Shown here piece after piece: positions 58,132 to 64,000 of a DNA stretch of 64,000 nucleotides (position 1 is its first letter; every line of letters starts with the position of its first letter). The translations under genes were made by a program, and so were the position numbers. Under the pieces are notes generated by a model, which did not search any database, was not told the DNA's origin, and worked only from the letters and a program-made list of their open reading frames with translations. This stretch comes from Alphaproteobacteria bacterium (GTDB lineage: Bacteria; Pseudomonadota; Alphaproteobacteria; Rs-D84), in NCBI GenBank assembly GCA_015062545.1, contig SUUL01000004.1, positions 5,881 through 69,880 on the forward strand, given 5' to 3'.

Positions 58132-59388
58132 ATGAAAAAATCTTTGTCAGGGATTGTAGGGATTTTGGTTGCGTTTGGCGTGTTTGCTGCAAATGCCGAT
58201 ACTAATTGGGGCGCACGTTCGGGGTCTGTCGCAAAATTGGATGGCGCGCCGGCGGTACGTGAACAACAGAATGTTAACTATGAAAAATATCAGACACGTA
58301 CATTGACACGTACATACGAATCTACGGATGGCGGGGATTTGTATTATGTGAAGCCCGCAAATCGCAGCGCGCTGTACAAGCAATATGATGCCGCAAATTC
58401 TTCGTCTGCACGTGCGGTCAAGACAACCAAGCGTCAATCCCGTAGCGAGAAAGTTGTCGCTAAGATGAAACGTAAATATTATTTGGCACATCCTTTCTTT
58501 CAACCTTTGCAGGGCAAGTTTGGATCTGTGACAGATTTGTCTTATACGTCTGGCAAGTTTGATTTTGAATTAAATCAGGTTGTGCCTGTGTATGATGGCG
58601 AAACACCAAAATATCCATTAACAGGTGTAGGTGGCGAATGGAAAAATAATAATTTGGCAATCAAAGAAGACTTTAGCTATGGTATTACTGATCGTGTTGC
58701 ATTGGTTGGTATGTTGCAATATAACGCAGCAGAAAGTGAAGTTGATTGGGGACAAAGTGGACCATCGGAAAGTATGGATGACAGCAGCTTGAATCTGTTC
58801 GGTTTGGGGGCGCAATGGCGTTTTGTCGATAATGCGGATTGGATTGCAACTGTGTCAGGATATTATCAGCATCAAAAAGATGTTTCTAATAATATCATCT
58901 TGGATTTGAAAGCAGGGTACAAGGTTGCACAATCTACGATATATGGGTTGGGACGCGCCTGGTATCTGGATTTAGAAGGTAATTCATACGGCAGCTTTAT
59001 AGAAGGTACAGATGCAGATGGTGTGTATGCCGCAACATATATCCCATATCAGGTTGGCGAAAGTGAAATTATGTACTTTGAAGCCGGATTGGGTGTGTTT
59101 AGTGTGCTGCAAGAAGACTGGACATTGAATCTGGAAGCGGTCTTTGGTAATTATGATTGGCACAATAGTGCAACTATCAAAGGGGCAATCGGATGGCAGC
59201 CAAACGATTGGTTCGCATTGAATCTGTATGCAAAAACATCTTTCTATGATAATGCAGATGGCAAAAATTTAGGTCTGTATTGGATGGAGCCAAATATCGG
59301 ATTTGATGCGTTGCAAAAAATTGGTTCGGCCAAGGTGGATAATTCATCCGAAACATCAATCGGTGTACAGGCAATATTCCAATTCTAG
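58132..59388 (+). CDS. putative outer-membrane beta-barrel protein
   Basis: signal peptide ending ANA; amphipathic beta pattern; C-terminal GVQAIFQF. Confidence 0.75.
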   Translation: MKKSLSGIVGILVAFGVFAANADTNWGARSGSVAKLDGAPAVREQQNVNYEKYQTRTLTRTYESTDGGDLYYVKPANRSALYKQYDAANSSSARAVKTTKRQSRSEKVVAKMKRKYYLAHPFFQPLQGKFGSVTDLSYTSGKFDFELNQVVPVYDGETPKYPLTGVGGEWKNNNLAIKEDFSYGITDRVALVGMLQYNAAESEVDWGQSGPSESMDDSSLNLFGLGAQWRFVDNADWIATVSGYYQHQKDVSNNIILDLKAGYKVAQSTIYGLGRAWYLDLEGNSYGSFIEGTDADGVYAATYIPYQVGESEIMYFEAGLGVFSVLQEDWTLNLEAVFGNYDWHNSATIKGAIGWQPNDWFALNLYAKTSFYDNADGKNLGLYWMEPNIGFDALQKIGSAKVDNSSETSIGVQAIFQF

Positions 59389-59455
59389 GGTATTATAAAA
59401 TCCCCCAGATTTTTTCTGGGGGAATGTGTGTTCAAAGCGAGAGAGGGGATTTTCA

Positions 59456-60193
59456 ATGCGTAAATTTTTATCTGTGGGGTTGGTTTCGTTGGTAATGGCA
59501 ACACCATCTGTGGTGCGTGCAAATGATTTATCTTTGGATTCGGCAGACCCTTTGTTTTTACAAGGTGCAGAACAGATTTTAACACAAACGTCTGTTACGT
59601 ACTGGGATCATATTTTGCGGGCAGGGCAATCTGTGTCGTATGGGCTAAATAATCGTTTGGCGATTGGGGCAAATGTTCATTATCAGCATGACTTTAATGG
59701 CAACGAAGATGGTTTTTCTGCGATTGATTTAGGTGCCACATATCGTATGTCTGCACCAGGACAGACCGAATCGGATGTAATTTCAGATGTTTTGTTTGGG
59801 TTCAAGTTTGGCGGTGGTTCCAAGGTGCGCACACCTGATTATGCAGATTCTACATATTATCTGGGGGTGCGTTTCGGACGTCAGTGGTTGGGTATGACAT
59901 TGGCGGCAACCATAAAGTCAACTTGGGTATTTGATGATACGCGTGGCACGGCCTTTATTGATTTTAGTCCAGAAGCATATTTTAGAATTTCACCTGATTT
60001 CCGTTTGGGTGGTGGTTTTACAATTCGCAAGGCGACACACAAGGATCCAATTACCCATAAGGATTATGATCAAGAATGGTTACATATGAAATTGGTTCGT
60101 CAGTATGGGCGCACGCAGTATATTGGGCATGTGGACTATGAATTTGAATCAGATGATGCACAGGTGGGGGCTCGCGTCAACATCCTCTTCTAA
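59456..60193 (+). CDS. putative outer-membrane beta-barrel protein
   Basis: signal peptide ending VRA; amphipathic beta strands; C-terminal GARVNILF. Confidence 0.75.
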   Translation: MRKFLSVGLVSLVMATPSVVRANDLSLDSADPLFLQGAEQILTQTSVTYWDHILRAGQSVSYGLNNRLAIGANVHYQHDFNGNEDGFSAIDLGATYRMSAPGQTESDVISDVLFGFKFGGGSKVRTPDYADSTYYLGVRFGRQWLGMTLAATIKSTWVFDDTRGTAFIDFSPEAYFRISPDFRLGGGFTIRKATHKDPITHKDYDQEWLHMKLVRQYGRTQYIGHVDYEFESDDAQVGARVNILF

Positions 60194-60195
60194 AT

Positions 60196-60413
60196 AAATT
60201 AAATATAATAATTCATCTAAAAGCAAATTGGGAATCTCATGTAGCGCATGTACACTACGATTCCCAATTTGCTTTTATCTAAATCATTATATTTAATTTC
60301 TTTCGCTAATCTTGGGGTTGGGTGGAATCTCATGTAGCGCATGTACTACTCGCGATTCCCGATTTGTTTTTATCTAAATCATTATATTTAATTTCTTTCG
60401 CTAATCCTGGGGG
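60196..60413 (-). repeat. array of hairpin elements: full copy 4 (60196-60299) plus truncated copy (60324-60394) and linkers
   Basis: 17-bp stem aaagcaaattgggaatc/gattcccaatttgcttt; linker ctttcgctaatc(t/c)tgggg occurs twice. Confidence 0.93.
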
Positions 60414-60415
60414 TA

Positions 60416-61684
60416 TTATTTCTTGCCCAGTTTTTCACGCAATGAATCCCAATATTCAAGGCGTTTTTTTATTTCGCGTTCAAAACCACGTTCAACTGGA
60501 AAATAGTATCTTTGACGGCCCATAGATTCTGGAAAACAATTTTGACCAGAAAAGCCAGATTCTGTATCTGGGTCATATATATAGCCCGCATTATATCCCA
60601 AATTTTTCATCATTTTTGTTGGGGCGTTTAAGATGTTTTTTGGGGGCATCAGGCTGCCTGTTTCACGCGCGGCAGCGTATGCGGCCTTTTGTGCGCGATA
60701 ATTACCAATGCTTTTTGGTGCAGTACCCAGATATATTACCAGTTGGGTCAGCGCAAGATCGCCTTCGGGACTGCCAAGTCTTTCGTATGCTTGCCATGCA
60801 GCAATTGCAATTTGCAGGGCATTTGGGTCTGCCAGACCAACATCTTCAACCGCAAAGCGTGTTAAACGTCTGAATATATACATTGGGTCTTGCCCAGATG
60901 TCATCATACGCGCTGTCCAATACAGTGCGGCATCTGTATCGCTGGCACGTAAAGATTTATGTACGGCAGATATTAAATTATAATGTTCGTCACCATGTTT
61001 ATCGGATAATGGTGCACGCTTTTGTACGGCGGAATCCAAGGCATCCGGTGATAATGGTGACTTAAATTTTGCATTAAATAAATATTCAACAGTGTTTAAT
61101 AAAAAGCGTGCGTCACCATCTGCCATTTGGGCAAGGTGGGTTCGTGCATCATTATCAAGTGGCAGTTCGCGGGATGTAAAATCTTCGGCACGCGACATTA
61201 ATGTTAACAGGTCTTCGGTCGCCAATGGTTGCAGTACACCAATGTGACAGCGTGACAGTAACGCGTTGTTAAGATTAAAACTGGGGTTTTCGGTGGTTGC
61301 GCCGATAAATACAACTGTGCCGTCTTCTAGATATGGCAGTAATGTATCCTGTTGTGTTTTGTTAAAGCGATGGATTTCATCAATGAACAGCAGCGTGCCA
61401 CGGCCAATGTCGCGATTCATACGGGCAGCATCCATGGCTTTTTTTATATCAGCTGTGCCAGAGAACACCGCAGACATTGGAACAAAATCCATGTCAACAG
61501 AATTTGCCAAGGCGCGTGCGATAGTTGTTTTTCCGCACCCGGGCGGGCCCCATAAAATTAAATTAGATAATTTTTTGTTGTCAACCATACGGCGAACCAG
61601 GCCGTTTTCGCCCAGTAATGTAACTTGTCCCACAATATCGTCTATTGTGGCAGGTCGCATTAAATCGGCAAGTGGTCGTGTCAT
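60416..61684 (-). CDS. rarA: replication-associated recombination protein A (RarA/MgsA)
   Basis: PLADLMRP, WGPPGCGKTT, DEIHRFNKTQQD, ATTENPSF, ISAVHKSLR, EDVGLADP. Confidence 0.96.
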   Translation of the reverse strand: MTRPLADLMRPATIDDIVGQVTLLGENGLVRRMVDNKKLSNLILWGPPGCGKTTIARALANSVDMDFVPMSAVFSGTADIKKAMDAARMNRDIGRGTLLFIDEIHRFNKTQQDTLLPYLEDGTVVFIGATTENPSFNLNNALLSRCHIGVLQPLATEDLLTLMSRAEDFTSRELPLDNDARTHLAQMADGDARFLLNTVEYLFNAKFKSPLSPDALDSAVQKRAPLSDKHGDEHYNLISAVHKSLRASDTDAALYWTARMMTSGQDPMYIFRRLTRFAVEDVGLADPNALQIAIAAWQAYERLGSPEGDLALTQLVIYLGTAPKSIGNYRAQKAAYAAARETGSLMPPKNILNAPTKMMKNLGYNAGYIYDPDTESGFSGQNCFPESMGRQRYYFPVERGFEREIKKRLEYWDSLREKLGKK

Positions 61685-61754
61685 TTTACTTGGCTTTTAT
61701 TTGATGTTTATTTGTGATATAATGATTGTATTAAATTACAAAGGAATTGGCAAG

Positions 61755-62111
61755 TTGGTAAATAAAAATTCTGAATTTACATTGGCAGTGGCTAATTTGG
61801 CGGCGGCGGCGATTGCGGCAAATCCAAATCTGACCATGGAAGAGGCCGTACGTAATGCGCGTGAAATATTGCGTGGAACATCTGTAACACAACAGCAGAT
61901 AGAAGATTCTGTTCAATCTGATAAAATTCAATGTCTGGAAGATGGAACTTGGCATGTTATGTTAAGGCGATATATCAAACGCAGATTTAATCTGACACCA
62001 CAACAATATCGTGAAAAGTGGGGGTTGCCAGATGACTATCCGTTTGTTGCGCCATCTTATGCGCGCAAGCGTTCTAAAATTGCCAAAAAATCAGGCTTGG
62101 GAAGGAGATGA
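61755..62111 (+). CDS. mucR: MucR/Ros family nucleoid-associated regulator
   Basis: IQCLEDG...LTPQQYREKWGLPDDYPFVAPSYARKRSKIAKKSGLG; AAGGA RBS before TTG 61755 (the ORF-track start 61266 is too long). Confidence 0.88.
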   Translation: MVNKNSEFTLAVANLAAAAIAANPNLTMEEAVRNAREILRGTSVTQQQIEDSVQSDKIQCLEDGTWHVMLRRYIKRRFNLTPQQYREKWGLPDDYPFVAPSYARKRSKIAKKSGLGRR

Positions 62112-62116
62112 TGGCT

Positions 62117-64000
62117 ATGGCGGCAGAAATTACTGTGAAAAAAACAGGTGCTAAATTAGATGGGGTTGCGGATGGTTTGGCAGAAAAAAGAGCAAAAGTA
62201 AAAAAGCGAAAACCTGTATATAAAATAGAATTTGAAGATGTTTTTGATCCGGCCGCGGAAGATAAGCGTATGCAAGTGTTTGCAAAATGGCTTGGCGAAA
62301 GGGCAGAGCATAATATATCTAAATTAAGTGGTGCTGCAAAATTATGGCTGATGGAATATATGGTGCGTGCTTTTAATGCGTTAACACTGGATAATGCTTT
62401 GTTACGCAAAATGGAACAGGCGTATGCAAAAGCAAAGGTGTCACCAAAAGGCAAAAAACAGCAATTTATAAAAAATATAGGACCCAATATAAAACATTAT
62501 TTTAAGTCTGTGATAAAGAAGAATCCGGCTGTTTTTTCTTATCTTTCTTATTATATGATGATGGGTGCGGTATTGTTAGGAGGCTGGGGTGTTTATGAAG
62601 TGGCAGGCAAAGACAATGATTCAAAAACAAAAAAAGAAATTCGTAACGACCAAGATTCAACATGGAATGATGATACTGTATTAAAATATGAAGAATTTGC
62701 AAAAATAAATGGGGGCTATGTTAACCCAAATCGTAAAGATTATGTTAAAGCTGCGCTGGAGGCATATTGGCCAGAAATTGCCATTGGTTTGACAGAGTTG
62801 GAAACATATCGTGCCAAGCCTGTGGTACACCAGGGTGAAAAACGTGCAACAAATGGATTGGGGTGTACGTGGACATATACCTATGATAAAAATGGGGTTT
62901 TAAGACAAGCAAAAAATATTGCTGGAAAAACAAAAACGCTTACCAAAGAGCAGAATTATGAACAGGTTAGACGGCATTTGATAGCTTCGACCTTGCCAAT
63001 GTTGAAAAAGGTTACAAAAGGTAAGACGAATATTACAAGAAGGCAAGCAATAGCACTGGTCCTTGCAGGATACCAAAGACCTGCAGATATGGTGGGGATT
63101 GCAACAAAAATTGCAAAAGCAAAAACAAGTAGACAAATTGCAGATGCGTTTACGCACTATAATGGACCCGAAGGTGATCGGGTGGGAACAATGAAACGCC
63201 GCTGGGTGTGTGCTGCGTATGCCATAGGTGCAATAGATATTCAAGATTTGTTAAATATGACACGCGATTCGTTCTCTATCCCGTTGCTTAGTAGCGTTTA
63301 TAAGAATGGGCATTTCTTGTTGGGCAAGCAAACTGTAAATTTTGTGTTGGGGTGTGAACGCAAAAATTACAATAAAGTTGGCGAATTCTTGTCTGATTTT
63401 GAAGGTGGAAGACGGATATTGGTTTCGGTTGCAAAAAATAATGATGATGTTACAGGAATCGCTGCAGTGGAAATGTCTGAAGAGGAAAAGCAGATAGAAA
63501 AATCTATGGAAATATTAAACAAAGGAAATCGTGTATATAAAAGTGGGGAATATGAAAAAGCAGTCGTACTGTATGAAGATGCCATAAAGGCAAATGAGAA
63601 TAATATGGAAGCATACAGTTCTTTGGCATTGGCTTATTTGCGTTTGGGTGATGAAACAAAAGATATTCGGTATTATAATAAATGTATTAATGCTGTTGTA
63701 GAGGGAAACAAGAGGATGAATGCAAATGTTGGTTTGTTGATGGATCGCGGGGTAAAAGCAGCTTCTTATTATAATGCAGGAAAAGCGCGTGAAAAAATGG
63801 GTAACATATATAGAGATAAAAAAGATATTGTTAAAGCAAATGAATGTTATGCCAAAGCAAAAATAAACTATGAAACCGCGTTGGAAAATGCAAAACTAGC
63901 AGGCTTGTCAAAGTCGCGTCAGGATGTTTATCAAAAGGCAATAAATCGCATGAAGGCACATTTGCCAACAAAAAGCACTGCCAAAACAAAAAAGGCACCA
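62117..64000 (+). CDS. membrane-anchored protein with lysozyme(GH24)-like and TPR domains, runs off the window
   Basis: manual translation is open to the window end; AAGGAG RBS; TM YMMMGAVLLGGWGVY; ELETYR...ATNGLG, ITRRQAIALV, GTMKRRW; TPR GNRVYKSGEYEKAVVLYEDAI. Confidence 0.7.
   Translation, partial: MAAEITVKKTGAKLDGVADGLAEKRAKVKKRKPVYKIEFEDVFDPAAEDKRMQVFAKWLGERAEHNISKLSGAAKLWLMEYMVRAFNALTLDNALLRKMEQAYAKAKVSPKGKKQQFIKNIGPNIKHYFKSVIKKNPAVFSYLSYYMMMGAVLLGGWGVYEVAGKDNDSKTKKEIRNDQDSTWNDDTVLKYEEFAKINGGYVNPNRKDYVKAALEAYWPEIAIGLTELETYRAKPVVHQGEKRATNGLGCTWTYTYDKNGVLRQAKNIAGKTKTLTKEQNYEQVRRHLIASTLPMLKKVTKGKTNITRRQAIALVLAGYQRPADMVGIATKIAKAKTSRQIADAFTHYNGPEGDRVGTMKRRWVCAAYAIGAIDIQDLLNMTRDSFSIPLLSSVYKNGHFLLGKQTVNFVLGCERKNYNKVGEFLSDFEGGRRILVSVAKNNDDVTGIAAVEMSEEEKQIEKSMEILNKGNRVYKSGEYEKAVVLYEDAIKANENNMEAYSSLALAYLRLGDETKDIRYYNKCINAVVEGNKRMNANVGLLMDRGVKAASYYNAGKAREKMGNIYRDKKDIVKANECYAKAKINYETALENAKLAGLSKSRQDVYQKAINRMKAHLPTKSTAKTKKAP

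Noticed and set aside
61266-61754. N-terminal extension of the 281-aa ORF
   Set aside because: Overlaps rarA antisense; MucR homology and the RBS point to a start at 61755.

Overview
Chromosomal, gene-dense window from an Alphaproteobacterium (MucR/Ros, alpha-type AddB, XerD with its small upstream membrane ORF). The shuffled gene order and Cys-rich secreted proteins suggest a small-genome, probably host-associated lineage (inference). Most of it is housekeeping: uvrB, tsaE, ftsQ, lolE/lolD, recA, tRNA-Gly/tRNA-Tyr, rsmI, engB, addB, xth, typA, trxB, serS, xerD, lptG, greA, mutL, yajC-secDF, ftsK, mnmE, ruvA, yebC and rarA, plus surface-glycan genes. The main unexplained signal is a family of 104-bp intergenic hairpin elements: 4 full copies (13852, 48882, 57805, 60196) and 3 truncated tandem copies. 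Each has conserved 24-nt arms, a conserved 22-nt core, and an inner stem that is always 17 bp but differs in sequence with pairing preserved. Nearly all mismatches become G.U or tandem G.A pairs only on the minus strand. Other notable items are an FtsA-Rpe fusion with no ftsZ next to it, two G12 tracts that could toggle C-terminal domains of secreted Cys-rich proteins, a Ser-rich leader peptide before serS, a riboswitch-like RNA after tRNA-Tyr, a tRNA-Gly with A73, and a membrane-anchored lysozyme-like/TPR ORF missed by the ORF track. All calls come from reading the sequence; no database searches were run.
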